DNA of 49,246 nucleotides from Thermoplasmata archaeon. GTDB taxonomy: Archaea; Thermoplasmatota; Thermoplasmata; Thermoplasmatales; GCA-001856825. The stretch lies in the NCBI GenBank assembly GCA_021787125.1, contig JAJYMI010000089.1:1-49246 (forward strand), written 5' to 3'. Below the pieces are notes generated by a model. The model made no database searches. It saw only the letters and a list, made by a program, of their open reading frames with translations, and was not told where the DNA came from. How positions within the stretch are numbered: the stretch's first letter is position 1; each line of letters starts with the position of its first letter. Below are positions 9,748 through 20,096 of this stretch, in pieces. The translations under genes were made by a program, and so were the position numbers.

Positions 9748-10122
9748 GTGGCAAAGAGACCCAGCGACGCCGAACTCATATTCAACATTCTCAACATCCT
9801 TGGGAAGAACGGTGAGATAGTCGGTGAATTAAAGTTCCTCGACTTCCTGAAGAACAGGAAAATTGGCGCATCTCCTAAGAGGTTCAGAAAGATCATTTAC
9901 GAGATTCCTGAAATCGAGGTCTCGGTGAAGTACTCAAGGAAGAAGTTCGAATCCTTGGACAAGTGCCCCGTCTGCAGTTCGAAACTTGCCACGATAAGGG
10001 GGCTCAACCTCGAGGGTAAGAGGAAGATAATCGGATACAGGTGCGAGATATGCGGATACAACTCCACCAGCCACGGGAAACCATATATATATGCGTTCAG
10101 GTTAAAGAATCATGATCTCTGA
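9748..10122 (+). CDS. Hypothetical basic Zn-ribbon protein
   Basis: CPVC and CEIC pairs, Lys/Arg rich, packed between valS and the next gene. Confidence 0.7.
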   Translation: MAKRPSDAELIFNILNILGKNGEIVGELKFLDFLKNRKIGASPKRFRKIIYEIPEIEVSVKYSRKKFESLDKCPVCSSKLATIRGLNLEGKRKIIGYRCEICGYNSTSHGKPYIYAFRLKNHDL

Positions 10123-10528
10123 CATAGAAAAGAACTACATCGTAATCAAGCTCGAAAGAGGGGATGATGTTGGAGAATCGATCACTCAGGCACTGGACGA
10201 CTACGGAATATATTCCGGCCTCGTAGAATTTGGGATCGGAATGATCCGTGACCTCGAGATAGGCTACTGGAACGGTAAGGAGTACGAGCGAGTCAAGCTC
10301 CCCGTACCTGGGGAGGTCGTGTCATTTCACGGGAGCGTTTCGTCTAACGATCCGAGGCTTCACATTCACGTATCGGTGGCCCTCAAGGACCACTCAGTTA
10401 AGGGCGGTCACTTCTTTTCCGGTACCGCAGATCCACTGATGGAAGTACACATTCTTCGACTAGAAGAGATAGTCCTCAAGAGAGAACTGAACGCGAAATC
10501 CGGTCTCAATGAGCTGACGTTTGATTGA
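10112..10528 (+). CDS. PPC/DUF296 domain protein
   Basis: KLERGDD, GIGM, EVVSFHG, HIHVS and GGH motifs. Confidence 0.9.
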   Translation: MISDIEKNYIVIKLERGDDVGESITQALDDYGIYSGLVEFGIGMIRDLEIGYWNGKEYERVKLPVPGEVVSFHGSVSSNDPRLHIHVSVALKDHSVKGGHFFSGTADPLMEVHILRLEEIVLKRELNAKSGLNELTFD

Positions 10529-10636
10529 AAGAAATGTATCGCTAGAGCTGCAAAGGATATTCCACAAAATCATATCCTTGTCTTCGGCTGTCCATTCCAG
10601 AATTAATTCGTTTGTGGCCTTGCAGAGTCCGTCAGC

Positions 10637-11212
10637 CTAGTTCGAGAACAGCTTCTTGACCCTGTCCGTGAGCAGGACAGTCCCTATCGAAAGCACTTTT
10701 TCATTCTCGACATCGATTGCCGTCATCGATGCCAACTTTATGTCGATCCCGTAGCTCTCGCGCTCGTTCAATCCGAGGAAGCTAGCCGTAAGGACTCTGA
10801 TGGGGAGGGCGTGACTGACGAGGAGGTAACAGCCATCATAATCATTGAGCGCACTCCTCATGCGTTCGAGCTGGGAATTCCACGTTTCCATTCCCAGGTC
10901 TTCCCTGTTGAGCTTTGGTACCTCGTCAACTCTGTATCCATTGTACGGACCAAGTCCAGACTCTCTTATCTTGTTGTTTTCTGCTACCTTCAATCCAATT
11001 ACTTCCCCGACCGTTCTTGCGGTCTGTTTAGTTCTTAGCAAAGGGCTACACACAATACCATCGAATTTCAGTCCCTTCAGCTGTTCCGCGGAAAAGAGGA
11101 TCTGTTCGACTCCTCTCTCGGTGAGGGGGTACTGATTCATGTCTTCGGAGATTATGCTGTTGACGTTAGCGAAACTCTCTCCATGTCTCATCAAGATCAA
11201 TTTTCTTATCAA
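10637..11212 (-). CDS. Histidine phosphatase family protein (probable cofactor-dependent phosphoglycerate mutase)
   Basis: MRHGES, LTERGVEQ, SPLLRTKQTA and LVSH motifs. Confidence 0.88.
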   Translation of the reverse strand: MIRKLILMRHGESFANVNSIISEDMNQYPLTERGVEQILFSAEQLKGLKFDGIVCSPLLRTKQTARTVGEVIGLKVAENNKIRESGLGPYNGYRVDEVPKLNREDLGMETWNSQLERMRSALNDYDGCYLLVSHALPIRVLTASFLGLNERESYGIDIKLASMTAIDVENEKVLSIGTVLLTDRVKKLFSN

Positions 11213-11376
11213 CTAAATCTACCAATCTTTAATCTAACAATTTAATAAGATTTTCTGTACGGATCGAATGGTTCCAGAAAGGAAACCCGTAGAGAACCAA
11301 TTTTCAACAGTAACATTGTCCCATCCTTCTCTTCGGATGGCCGAACTCTCTGATGTTTTAACCTCTTTCTCTAAGT

Positions 11377-12285
11377 TCAGGGATTTTTGTGGAAGTGTTT
11401 CAGTTTAGACCTGAAGTGGTCATATCCGGAATAGTCAGGAGATTTGCCGTTCAGATCTACAACGCCCCTCCCCTTTATGACTCTCCCCACCAGATGATAG
11501 CGGCTGAGTTTGAGTGGAGACGTGAAAAACAGCTCGTATCCTCCGCCCATGGAATAGAGCAAGACTCTTTCTCTCTCGTTACTCGGGTTTTCGGATATGT
11601 CGTGTTCAATCTTGATTCTCACTCCGCTCAGTCGTGAGAGCAGACCTAGAGACTTGTAGACTCCGTCAGAATTGTCGATGCAGGATGTCACTCCAGATCT
11701 GCTAAGGGAGCCAAGCAAATCCAGTCTTGGATTGATATCAAGGATTTCTCGTGACTTTTCTTTCACTCCATCATAATATTCCAGAATTGCCCTCTCATTC
11801 TTTCCGATCTTGGAACTTGCGTAAACAAGATCTCCGGGTCTCGCACCACTTCTCCTGAATTCGCTGCCTTTTTTTGCGGTTCCTATGATCAACCCTGTGA
11901 GTGAGATGCGCTTGGCCTCTTTCAGATCCCCTCCAGAGAATTTCACGTTGTACTTGACCAGCTCATCCCTCATTCCCTTCACCAGTGACCTGACCCACTT
12001 CTCCTCGAGCGTTCTTGGAAAGGAGAATGAGACCATCATCTCCAGTGGTTTTCCATTCTTGGAAGCAATATCGCTTAGGTTGATGTCCACAAGGAATTTA
12101 CCAATGAGTTCTGGATTCCAAGACTTTTCAAAATGGAATCCCTCGTTAATCGTGTCAATTGCAAATAGCAGATAATTACTCCCTTGATCGTAGAAATGAA
12201 CATCCTCATCTTCGTTCCTTACCTTAAAAACGTCCCAGATGCTTTCGATGAGCCTTCTCTCTCCCACGTCCTTTATTTCCATCAC
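11377..12285 (-). CDS. thiL: Thiamine-monophosphate kinase
   Basis: GERRLI, EGFHF, NLSDIASKNG, GGD, RSGARPGD, DNSDG and GGxYELFF motifs. Confidence 0.9.
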   Translation of the reverse strand: MMEIKDVGERRLIESIWDVFKVRNEDEDVHFYDQGSNYLLFAIDTINEGFHFEKSWNPELIGKFLVDINLSDIASKNGKPLEMMVSFSFPRTLEEKWVRSLVKGMRDELVKYNVKFSGGDLKEAKRISLTGLIIGTAKKGSEFRRSGARPGDLVYASSKIGKNERAILEYYDGVKEKSREILDINPRLDLLGSLSRSGVTSCIDNSDGVYKSLGLLSRLSGVRIKIEHDISENPSNERERVLLYSMGGGYELFFTSPLKLSRYHLVGRVIKGRGVVDLNGKSPDYSGYDHFRSKLKHFHKNP

Positions 12286-12322
12286 AAAGATAATTAGATG
12301 TAGTTAAATAAATTATCAACTA

Positions 12323-13033
12323 GTGGACGAGATAGAGGTCGAAAACAGCATATTCTTCACAAGATACGGAGCTGCTTTTCTTGAGGACATATCTGCTGTT
12401 GTCGTTTCCGATATTCACCTTGGTTATGAAGACGTTCTGGCAATGAACGGTATTTTTATCCCAAGAGTCCAGTCCCAAATGATCTATGAAACCGTCGACG
12501 TGATAATCGACAGGTACAAACCAGAGAAGTTCATTATAAATGGAGATCTGAAGCACGAATTTTCAAGAAACACCTCTCAAGAGTGGAATGATGTGTACGA
12601 GCTCCTGAAGAGGATAAAAGAGAAATCAGAACCGGTGGTGGTGAAGGGCAACCACGACAACTACGTAGCGAACATAGCCTCAAAGTTGAATCTGAAGACC
12701 TACGACATCTATCACGAAGGTAGATACACGTTCCACCACGGTCACAAGTTATTCGAGTGGGACGATATAGCGATAATAGGAAATGAGCATCCCGCCGTCG
12801 GTCTGCGAGACTCGGTCGATTCGGTTCTGAAGCTGCACTGTTTCCTTTACTTCAAGAAGGAGAGGCTGATAGTTTTGCCAGCCATGTCCATCTATGCCGG
12901 AGGTTCCGACATATTGAAGAACGAAATCTCATCTCCCGTTCTGAAGAAGGTGGAGATGAACGATGGAAGGGTCTATGGGCTGTGGGATGCGTACGGAACC
13001 ATCGATCTCGGAAACGTAGGTGGACTGTTTTGA
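12323..13033 (+). CDS. Calcineurin-like metallophosphoesterase (archaeal ICC-like)
   Basis: SDIHLG, NGDLKH, GNHD, HGH and GNEHP motifs. Confidence 0.9.
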   Translation: MDEIEVENSIFFTRYGAAFLEDISAVVVSDIHLGYEDVLAMNGIFIPRVQSQMIYETVDVIIDRYKPEKFIINGDLKHEFSRNTSQEWNDVYELLKRIKEKSEPVVVKGNHDNYVANIASKLNLKTYDIYHEGRYTFHHGHKLFEWDDIAIIGNEHPAVGLRDSVDSVLKLHCFLYFKKERLIVLPAMSIYAGGSDILKNEISSPVLKKVEMNDGRVYGLWDAYGTIDLGNVGGLF

Positions 13034-13755
13034 TAGGTTTCATATCTGCCGGTTTTAACCCACCGCTAAGTTTCACGAAAGAAGAGTTGGACTTCCTCGA
13101 AACGTCCGAACTGATCCTCGTCGATACCTACACATCACCTAATTACCTCAAGGAATTTGGGAACAGGAAACTGACTTTTGCTGACAGGGACAGTCTGGAA
13201 AACTACGAATGGATCATGAATGAAAGGAAGAATATTTCAATAGTGATCCCGGGAGACTCGTTTTCCGCTACTACTCACTATGCCATCTACAGAGAGGCCA
13301 TCTTGAGAGGATTAAAAGTAAAGGTATTCCACAACTCGTCCATTTTTCCAACCGCGGCAACTAGGATGGGCCTCCATCTTTACAAGATCGGCCCCGCGGT
13401 CTCCCTGCCCAGGTTCAAGCACAGATTCAGACCCATTTCACCGTACGACAAAATGCTTGAAAACTTCAAGAAGGGGCTCCACACCATTCTCCTTTTAGAC
13501 ACCGAGCCCCCCCTGGAACTAGGAGACGCTATCGATCAACTTCTCTGGATGGAGGAACAGACGAAAGGGGGTCTTTTTGATCGAAACAGGGAGATCGGAG
13601 TCGTATGCAGTCTTGGGACACCGAACGAAAAAATTATTTATGCCAAGATAGAAACTCTCAGAGGGTGGAAGGATGGGGAAGCACCCTTTACAATCGTTGT
13701 GCCCGGAGAGTTACATTTTCAGGAAAAGGAGGCCCTTGATTTATTCAAGCTCTAG
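13030..13755 (+). CDS. dph5: Diphthine synthase
   Basis: YTS, GDxxxATTH, GLxxYKxG and NxxxGLHTxxLLD motifs; TTG start at 13030 overlaps the upstream TGA. Confidence 0.88.
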   Translation: MIGFISAGFNPPLSFTKEELDFLETSELILVDTYTSPNYLKEFGNRKLTFADRDSLENYEWIMNERKNISIVIPGDSFSATTHYAIYREAILRGLKVKVFHNSSIFPTAATRMGLHLYKIGPAVSLPRFKHRFRPISPYDKMLENFKKGLHTILLLDTEPPLELGDAIDQLLWMEEQTKGGLFDRNREIGVVCSLGTPNEKIIYAKIETLRGWKDGEAPFTIVVPGELHFQEKEALDLFKL

Positions 13756-13831
13756 TCAGGTTTTGCTCACTCCAGTAGTCTCATAAAGGTTTATTACTGC
13801 GATGCCATATACGGAGAAAGTAGGTGAAAAG

Positions 13832-14542
13832 ATGCAATCAGCGCAAATGGCATATGATAGGGCTATCACAGTGTTCTCACCGGACGGAAGGTTGTTCCAG
13901 GTAGAGTACGCGAGGGAAGCCGTCAAGAGAGGTACGACTGCCATTGGTATTGTATTTGAGGACGGAGCCATCCTCATGGCAGACAAGAGAATAAAGAGCG
14001 GACTCATCGAGGAGAAGAGTATAGAAAAGATATTCACTATTGACGGCCACATCGGCGCAGCTTCATCTGGCCTGATAGGGGATGCTAGGATATTGATAGA
14101 CCACGCGAGACTCCAGGCCCAGTCTGAGAAGGTCACGTACGGACAAGACATCATAGTAGAGTCTTTGGTTAAGAAGGTCTGTGACCTGTTACAGCAGTAC
14201 ACCCAGTATGGTGGAGTTAGGCCCTTTGGAGCTTCACTCCTGATAACTGGAATAGACGAAACTGGAATAACGTTATACGAGACTGATCCCTCTGGTCTTT
14301 CCACAGGATACAAGGCCGATGCAATCGGATATGGAAGGGATGCAGCGGTTGAGATTCTTGAGAAGGAGTGGAAGAATGGAATGCAACTCAAGGACGCTGC
14401 AGAACTTGGCATTAAGGCACTCAAGGCAGGACTGGAACAGGGACAGGGACTCGGGATGGTCAGCATAGGAGTCATAACCAGGGGTCAAAAATTCAAGATT
14501 CTATCTCTGGAGGAAACTAACAAGTTGATCGGCAGCAAGTGA
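13832..14542 (+). CDS. psmA: Proteasome subunit alpha
   Basis: YDRAITVFSPDGRLFQVEYAREAV and GGVRPFG; AGGTGA Shine-Dalgarno before ATG 13832. Confidence 0.97.
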   Translation: MQSAQMAYDRAITVFSPDGRLFQVEYAREAVKRGTTAIGIVFEDGAILMADKRIKSGLIEEKSIEKIFTIDGHIGAASSGLIGDARILIDHARLQAQSEKVTYGQDIIVESLVKKVCDLLQQYTQYGGVRPFGASLLITGIDETGITLYETDPSGLSTGYKADAIGYGRDAAVEILEKEWKNGMQLKDAAELGIKALKAGLEQGQGLGMVSIGVITRGQKFKILSLEETNKLIGSK

Positions 14543-14549
14543 AAGACTA

Positions 14550-15245
14550 ATGGTGAAAGTTGAGGACGCTCTTATAGCTAGGTACGAATCAAAGGGTCAC
14601 AGGTTCGAAGTGCTCATCGACCAAAAGTTAGTGGATCTTGTAAAATCTGGAAAGAACGTTAACGTCTCTGACTATATGGCTGCGGACATGATTTTCAAGG
14701 ACAGCAGCAAGGGTGACAGGGCATCAGAGGAAGTGATAAAGGAGGTATTCGGAACGGAAGATTTCCTCACGGTTGTCACTGAGATAGTGAAGAAGGGACA
14801 GGTACAGCTGACAACGGAGCAGAGAAGGAAGATGCTAGAAGAGAAGAGGAGACAGATCGTCGAGATAATCTCGAGGGAATCTATGAACCCCCAGTCTGGG
14901 ACTCCACACCCCCCACAGAGGATAGAGAAGGCAATGGAAGAGGCAAGGGTAAGGGTGGACCCATTCAAGAGTGCCGAGGAGCAGGTCAATGAAGTCCTGA
15001 AGGCGATAAGGGTAATTCTTCCCATTAGGTTCGAGCACGTGAAAATGGAGATAGAGGTCCCAGGGACCGAGTACGGAAAGATCTATGCAGAAATGGCTAA
15101 AATGGGACAGATCATAAAGGAGGATTGGAAGAACAACGGGAATTACAGTGCAGTGCTAGAGATTCCCGCTGGGGTTCAGGATCAACTATACGATTTCCTG
15201 AACAAGAGAACAAAGGGAAACGTGGACATTAAACTGATAAAGTAG
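14550..15245 (+). CDS. Ribosome maturation protein SBDS/Sdo1
   Basis: RFEVL, VFGT, QLTTEQRR and PHPPQRIEKAM motifs; position in exosome operon. Confidence 0.95.
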   Translation: MVKVEDALIARYESKGHRFEVLIDQKLVDLVKSGKNVNVSDYMAADMIFKDSSKGDRASEEVIKEVFGTEDFLTVVTEIVKKGQVQLTTEQRRKMLEEKRRQIVEIISRESMNPQSGTPHPPQRIEKAMEEARVRVDPFKSAEEQVNEVLKAIRVILPIRFEHVKMEIEVPGTEYGKIYAEMAKMGQIIKEDWKNNGNYSAVLEIPAGVQDQLYDFLNKRTKGNVDIKLIK

Positions 15246-15251
15246 AGGTGG

Positions 15252-15920
15252 ATGTATTTGGATATAGAGAGGAAGATTGTTTTACCAGGAGAAGAGATAA
15301 GCCTGGAAGGAATGAAGCAGGGTAACGGAATTTATCACGACAGCGGTAAGTTTTATTCCTACCAGATGGGTGTATTGCAGACTTACAACAGCTATGCGAA
15401 CGTCATACCACTGTCCGGAAAGTACTATCCTGTAAGAAACGACAGGATAATCGGGAAGGTCATAGACATAGCGCCTTCGTTCTGGATAATGGACATCAGG
15501 GGACCGTATCCGGGATTCCTGCACATAAATGACACGCCGTGGAAGAACCTGGATCAGGATCTCAACAAGATACTCGGAGTCGGCGATACGGTGTTTGCGA
15601 AGGTCAATGAGATTACCGAGTCTAGGCAGATATGGCTGTCCCTCAAGGATGCAGGCTTAAGGAAGCTCGAGGGCGGGCACATAATAATGGTTCAACCGAC
15701 CAAGGTATCAAGGATAATCGGAAAGGGCGGGTCGATGGTGAACACAATCAAGGAGGTTACTGGAGTCAAAATCCAGCTTGGACAGAACGGAGTTGTGTGG
15801 CTTGACGGGTCTGCAGAAAAGGTCATGAAAGTAAGGAACATACTGAAGTTCATAGAGAAGGAAGCTCACACTTCTGGACTGACCGATAGAGTGAAGAAGA
15901 TATTGGAAGAAAACAGGTGA
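15252..15920 (+). CDS. rrp4: Exosome RNA-binding subunit Rrp4
   Basis: VLPGE, S1 domain, KH motif [13 protein letters not shown] and [10 protein letters not shown]. Confidence 0.95.
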   Translation: MYLDIERKIVLPGEEISLEGMKQGNGIYHDSGKFYSYQMGVLQTYNSYANVIPLSGKYYPVRNDRIIGKVIDIAPSFWIMDIRGPYPGFLHINDTPWKNLDQDLNKILGVGDTVFAKVNEITESRQIWLSLKDAGLRKLEGGHIIMVQPTKVSRIIGKGGSMVNTIKEVTGVKIQLGQNGVVWLDGSAEKVMKVRNILKFIEKEAHTSGLTDRVKKILEENR

Positions 15921-16678
15921 TAGAGTTGGGAACAAAAAGCGATATGAAGTTGATCAACGAGGAGGGTCTAAGGATAGATGGAAGGAAATTCAACGAACTG
16001 AGGCCAATCAGGATAGAAGTTGGCGTCTTGAACAGAGCCGATGGCTCTGCCTACATTGAATGGGGAGGCAACAAGGTCCTGGTAGCAGTCTATGGACCGC
16101 GCGAGGCTTTCCCTAAGCACACTCAGAATCCATCGAGGGCGATAGTCAATGCAAGATACAACATGGCCGCATTCTCGGTCGACGAGAGAAAGAGACCGGG
16201 GCCCGACAGAAGGGCAGTTGAGATAAGCAAGGTGATTGGGGAGGCTCTGGAGTGTGCCGTTTTCACGGAGCAGTTTCCAAGGACGAGCATTGACGTCTAC
16301 ATAGAGGTTCTTCAGGCAGATGCGGGAACAAGAATAGCCGGCATCACGGCAGCGTCAGTGGCGCTGGTCGATGCTGGAATTCCCATGAAGGATATGGTCG
16401 TGGGTTGCGCGGCTGGGAAGATTGATGGAAAGGTCGTTCTGGACCTGAACAAGGAAGAGGACAATTTCGGTCAGGCCGATCTGCCAATGGCAATAATACC
16501 CAGAACGCAGGAGATAGTCCTGTTACAGATGGATGGAAACATGACGAGGGACGAACTCGAACAGGCAGTCGAGCTGTCAAAGAAGGCTGCTATGTACATT
16601 TCCGATCTGCAGAAGGAGGCATTACTGGCCAAGTACAAGAGTCAGGAACAGGAAAAGGAAGGTGAGCGCGGTGAGTAA
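15917..16678 (+). CDS. rrp41: Exosome catalytic subunit Rrp41
   Basis: [24 protein letters not shown] and QADAGTR motifs. Confidence 0.97.
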   Translation: MIELGTKSDMKLINEEGLRIDGRKFNELRPIRIEVGVLNRADGSAYIEWGGNKVLVAVYGPREAFPKHTQNPSRAIVNARYNMAAFSVDERKRPGPDRRAVEISKVIGEALECAVFTEQFPRTSIDVYIEVLQADAGTRIAGITAASVALVDAGIPMKDMVVGCAAGKIDGKVVLDLNKEEDNFGQADLPMAIIPRTQEIVLLQMDGNMTRDELEQAVELSKKAAMYISDLQKEALLAKYKSQEQEKEGERGE

Positions 16679-17456
16679 GAGCGCTGATGAGATCGTTTAT
16701 GGTTTGAAGAGAGAATATCTTGAGAAGATATGCACAGAAGGGAGCAGGATTGATGGAAGAAAGTTCGATGAAATGAGGCCCGTAATAGTGAACACCAATT
16801 TTGTCCCAAGGGCCCAGGGTTCAGCGGAGGTCAGACTCGGAGACTCGAGGGTCTTGGTTGGAATTAAGATCGAGCAGGGGGAGCCGTTCCAGGACACTCC
16901 AAACAGCGGAATACTGACAACGAACGCGGAGCTGCTACCTATGGCATCGCCGACATTCGAATCCGGACCACCAAGCGAGGACGCTATAGAGCTCGCTAGG
17001 GTCGTAGACAGGGGAATAAGAGAATCAAAGATGATCGATCTGGACAAGCTGGTCATCAAAGAGGGCGAAAAGGTGTGGGTTGTCTTCATCGACATGCACA
17101 TACTTGACTATGACGGAAACCTGATTGATGCATGCTCTCTCGGTGCGGTCGCTGCTCTTCTAGAGGCAAAAGTACCTGCCTCAAAGATCGGTGCTGAGGA
17201 TTTCCCGCTTCCGATCAACCACGTCCCGATAACCACAACTTTCGCGAAGATAGGCTCCACCATGCTGGCAGATCCCAACCTGGAGGAAGAAGAGGTGGAA
17301 TCTGCAAGACTGTCAGTTGCCACCAACGAAAATGGAGACGTAGTAGCTATGCAGAAAGGAATGGGAGGGAGCATAACCAACGAGGAACTGTTCTCTGCAG
17401 TCGATACGTCCATAAAATTGGGAAAGGATATTAGGAAGAGAGTACTGGGGAAATGA
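16662..17456 (+). CDS. rrp42: Exosome subunit Rrp42
   Basis: [26 protein letters not shown] and DYDGNLIDA; alternative GTG start at 16671. Confidence 0.96.
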   Translation: MSAVSKSADEIVYGLKREYLEKICTEGSRIDGRKFDEMRPVIVNTNFVPRAQGSAEVRLGDSRVLVGIKIEQGEPFQDTPNSGILTTNAELLPMASPTFESGPPSEDAIELARVVDRGIRESKMIDLDKLVIKEGEKVWVVFIDMHILDYDGNLIDACSLGAVAALLEAKVPASKIGAEDFPLPINHVPITTTFAKIGSTMLADPNLEEEEVESARLSVATNENGDVVAMQKGMGGSITNEELFSAVDTSIKLGKDIRKRVLGK

Positions 17457-17460
17457 GTCC

Positions 17461-17718
17461 ATGACGAAAAAGACGAGAAAGGTAGGAAGCTCTGGCAGAT
17501 TCGGCGCCAGATACGGTTCTACCGTCAAGAAGAGGTGGCTTGAGATGGAAAAACTCAGGAATACCACCTACGTATGCCCCAGGTGTCACCACGTCTCGGT
17601 CAAGAGAAAGGATGCAGGGATATGGGAGTGCAGGAAGTGCGGCCTAGAGTATGTGGGAGATGCTTACTCCCCTGAGCTGAACACGGAATTCAAAAAGGTG
17701 GACCTGGAAAATGTTTAA
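17461..17718 (+). CDS. rpl37ae: 50S ribosomal protein L37Ae (eL43)
   Basis: KVGxxGRFGARYG, CPRC and GIWECRKC. Confidence 0.96.
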   Translation: MTKKTRKVGSSGRFGARYGSTVKKRWLEMEKLRNTTYVCPRCHHVSVKRKDAGIWECRKCGLEYVGDAYSPELNTEFKKVDLENV

Positions 17719-17842
17719 GTGTATCAGGTGCGGGAGAGAGCTAAAGGACGAGGGAGACACTACACAGTTCGAGTGCGAGTGCGGATCGAAGGTATTCGTC
17801 AGGATTCCAGGGAACGTTATAAAAACAGTAGAAGTCAAGTAG
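17711..17842 (+). CDS. rpoP: RNA polymerase subunit Rpo12/RpoP
   Basis: Manual translation MFKCIRCGRELKDEGDTTQFECECGSKVFVRIPGNVIKTVEVK (43 aa, Zn ribbon); canonical position after rpl37ae; too short for the ORF track. Confidence 0.88.
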   Translation: MFKCIRCGRELKDEGDTTQFECECGSKVFVRIPGNVIKTVEVK

Positions 17843-18913
17843 ATGTTCCTCTGCAGCAAATGCAGGGAAAGGTTATCCTATAGCGACAATCCATCCACGA
17901 GGGATGGTGCCGTATGCGAAATCTGCGGCAACCTGCTGGAACACGTCGATGAATATTTTGGCATGTTCAAGGAAGAAGCGGGACAGTACGACTTCTCAAC
18001 ATTCCTGATAGGAATGAAAGTGCCCAAGGATAGCCTGACAAGAGACATTGAGGCTATCGAAAAGTCAGGTGTCAAGACCAGGAATTACAAGGAAGAATTC
18101 CAGTTCCAACTCGGATCGAGGATTGAAAGGGAACTTCCATACAGGGTCGATTTTGGGAAACCAGAATTCACGTTCACAATAGACCAGGAAAACATGGACT
18201 ACTCGGTATGGGTAAAGCCGATCTATCTAAAGGGGAGATACCTCAAGAAGAGGAGAGGCATTCCACAGTCCCCCTGGATAAAACCTGGAAGGGGGAAGGA
18301 AATGGAGAAGTCCGTTTCAGAATACATAGGCCAACCGGTCTGTGATGCGCTTGGAGGAAGGAACTACAATTTCTTTGCATCTGGCAGGGAGGACGTAGAC
18401 GCGCTGATGTTGGGGACGGGAAGGCCATTCTATGTTGAAGTGAAATCTCCAAGGAAGAGAAGCACGGACCTCTCAGCACTATCAGGTCAGGTCCTCGGTG
18501 GGTCCAGGGACGGAATCGAGGTTATTGATCTATCCATTGCAGACCCCTCAGTCATAGAAGGTATGAAAGGTCAGAAACCCGACAAGACATACGAGGTCGG
18601 TCTGACGGTGGATGGCGCTGGTGTAGTAAAAATAGCGGAGAAACTCGAGAAGTATTCGGATCTCATGATCAGTCAGAGAACTCCAACAAGAGTCCTGGGA
18701 ATCCGCAAGGACAAGGTGAGAGAGAGGATCGTAAGGTCCGTCGAGATCAAGCAGTTCGCCGACAGTAAGCTGGTACTGATTATAAGGGCGGAAGCAGGGA
18801 CATACATCAAGGAATTTGTCACGGGGGACAAGGGCAGAACAATCCCCAATCTCAGGGATGAGCTAGACATAAACGTTAAAATAGATTATCTTAATGTGCT
18901 CGAAGTCAAATAG
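17843..18913 (+). CDS. pus10: tRNA pseudouridine(54/55) synthase Pus10
   Basis: GRYLK, GIPQSPW, SGREDVD, GRPF, QRTPTRV and GTYIKE motifs. Confidence 0.95.
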   Translation: MFLCSKCRERLSYSDNPSTRDGAVCEICGNLLEHVDEYFGMFKEEAGQYDFSTFLIGMKVPKDSLTRDIEAIEKSGVKTRNYKEEFQFQLGSRIERELPYRVDFGKPEFTFTIDQENMDYSVWVKPIYLKGRYLKKRRGIPQSPWIKPGRGKEMEKSVSEYIGQPVCDALGGRNYNFFASGREDVDALMLGTGRPFYVEVKSPRKRSTDLSALSGQVLGGSRDGIEVIDLSIADPSVIEGMKGQKPDKTYEVGLTVDGAGVVKIAEKLEKYSDLMISQRTPTRVLGIRKDKVRERIVRSVEIKQFADSKLVLIIRAEAGTYIKEFVTGDKGRTIPNLRDELDINVKIDYLNVLEVK

Positions 18914-18924
18914 GGGATATAAAA

Positions 18925-19215
18925 ATGGGAAAAATGTCTCACGGTCCCAGGTCGAAGACGAGATACAAGATGAAGAAGAAGCTAAAGGAGAGGGGACCCG
19001 TTACCGTCAACAGGATAGTTAAGAAGTTCGAGGTAGGAGACAGTGTGGCCATCGATATAGAACCAGCATTTCACAATGGGATGCCTTTCAAGAGATTCCA
19101 GGGCATGACAGGAGTAGTAGAGGGACAGCGAGGAGATGCATATCTGGTCAAGATCAGCGACCAGGGTAAATCCAAGATGGTCGTGGCATATCCAATTCAC
19201 CTGAAAAGGGCGTGA
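18925..19215 (+). CDS. rpl21e: 50S ribosomal protein L21e
   Basis: SHGPRSKTR, GMPFKRFQG and PIHL motifs. Confidence 0.96.
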   Translation: MGKMSHGPRSKTRYKMKKKLKERGPVTVNRIVKKFEVGDSVAIDIEPAFHNGMPFKRFQGMTGVVEGQRGDAYLVKISDQGKSKMVVAYPIHLKRA

Positions 19216-19224
19216 ATTCTGAGA

Positions 19225-19539
19225 ATGAAAATAACCTACATCCCTCTTGCCAAAGCAAAGGAGCTGCTCAACGACGCTTCAAAGGAACGAGAGCTAAACG
19301 AGGTTCAGGCATCCGCCCTGAAACACGTTGGCAAATTTTCGAAGGTAACGGCTGAAAAGGCCGCAAAGCTGCAGAAGGACCTCGTTTCCCTAGGACTCGA
19401 AGAGACGCTTGCGGTGAAGGTCATAGACATCATGCCTGCGAACCTGGATGAACTCAGATCTGTTCTTTATCCTCACGTGCAGAATCTGGAACAGGATCTA
19501 GGAAACAAGATCGTAGAAACTCTTCACAAAAGCAGGTGA
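19225..19539 (+). CDS. rpoF: RNA polymerase subunit Rpo4/RpoF
   Basis: KFSK and AVKVIDIMPxxxDELRS motifs; conserved position after rpl21e. Confidence 0.9.
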   Translation: MKITYIPLAKAKELLNDASKERELNEVQASALKHVGKFSKVTAEKAAKLQKDLVSLGLEETLAVKVIDIMPANLDELRSVLYPHVQNLEQDLGNKIVETLHKSR

Positions 19540-20093
19540 TTTCTCTGGAAGAGTTTGCGTTTGTCCTAGATATTCTACCACAAGGAAGGATGGAGGAGAA
19601 GGCATTCAAACGGGTACCTCTCTCGCTCGCAATAGGCGAAGAGGAACTGAAACTGTTTGAGCTAATACCCAAACAGGGTGTTGTGATCACGATCGGAGAC
19701 AGAGTCTACATAGGCAAGGACATAGAGAAGAGGGACAAGATAGGCAGTGTGAGGAGAAGGATATCGTTCGAAGAGCTAACGCCAGCCGCACAGAACGAGA
19801 TAGAATTTGTCCTGAGACAGATAATAGAGGGTAACGAACAAAGGTTTGTCAATTTCTTCAACAATGCCCAGCCGGTAACCGCAAGACTGCATCAGTTGGA
19901 TCTCCTGTACGGAGTCGGCAGGAACCTGATGTGGGAGATACTGGACGAGCGAAAGAAGGGACCGTTCAAGAATTTTGCTGACCTCAAGACCAGGGTGAAG
20001 GGATTGAGAGATCCAGAAAAGATGATCACCGAACGAATAATAAGAGAACTGAAGAACAAGGACGAAAGGCACAGGTTGTTCGTTTCCGGATAA
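19536..20093 (+). CDS. DUF655 putative RNA-binding protein
   Basis: RVYIGK, FFNxA, RLHQLDLL and PFxxFxD motifs; conserved position between rpoF and ksgA. Confidence 0.92.
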   Translation: MISLEEFAFVLDILPQGRMEEKAFKRVPLSLAIGEEELKLFELIPKQGVVITIGDRVYIGKDIEKRDKIGSVRRRISFEELTPAAQNEIEFVLRQIIEGNEQRFVNFFNNAQPVTARLHQLDLLYGVGRNLMWEILDERKKGPFKNFADLKTRVKGLRDPEKMITERIIRELKNKDERHRLFVSG

Positions 20094-20096
20094 GCG

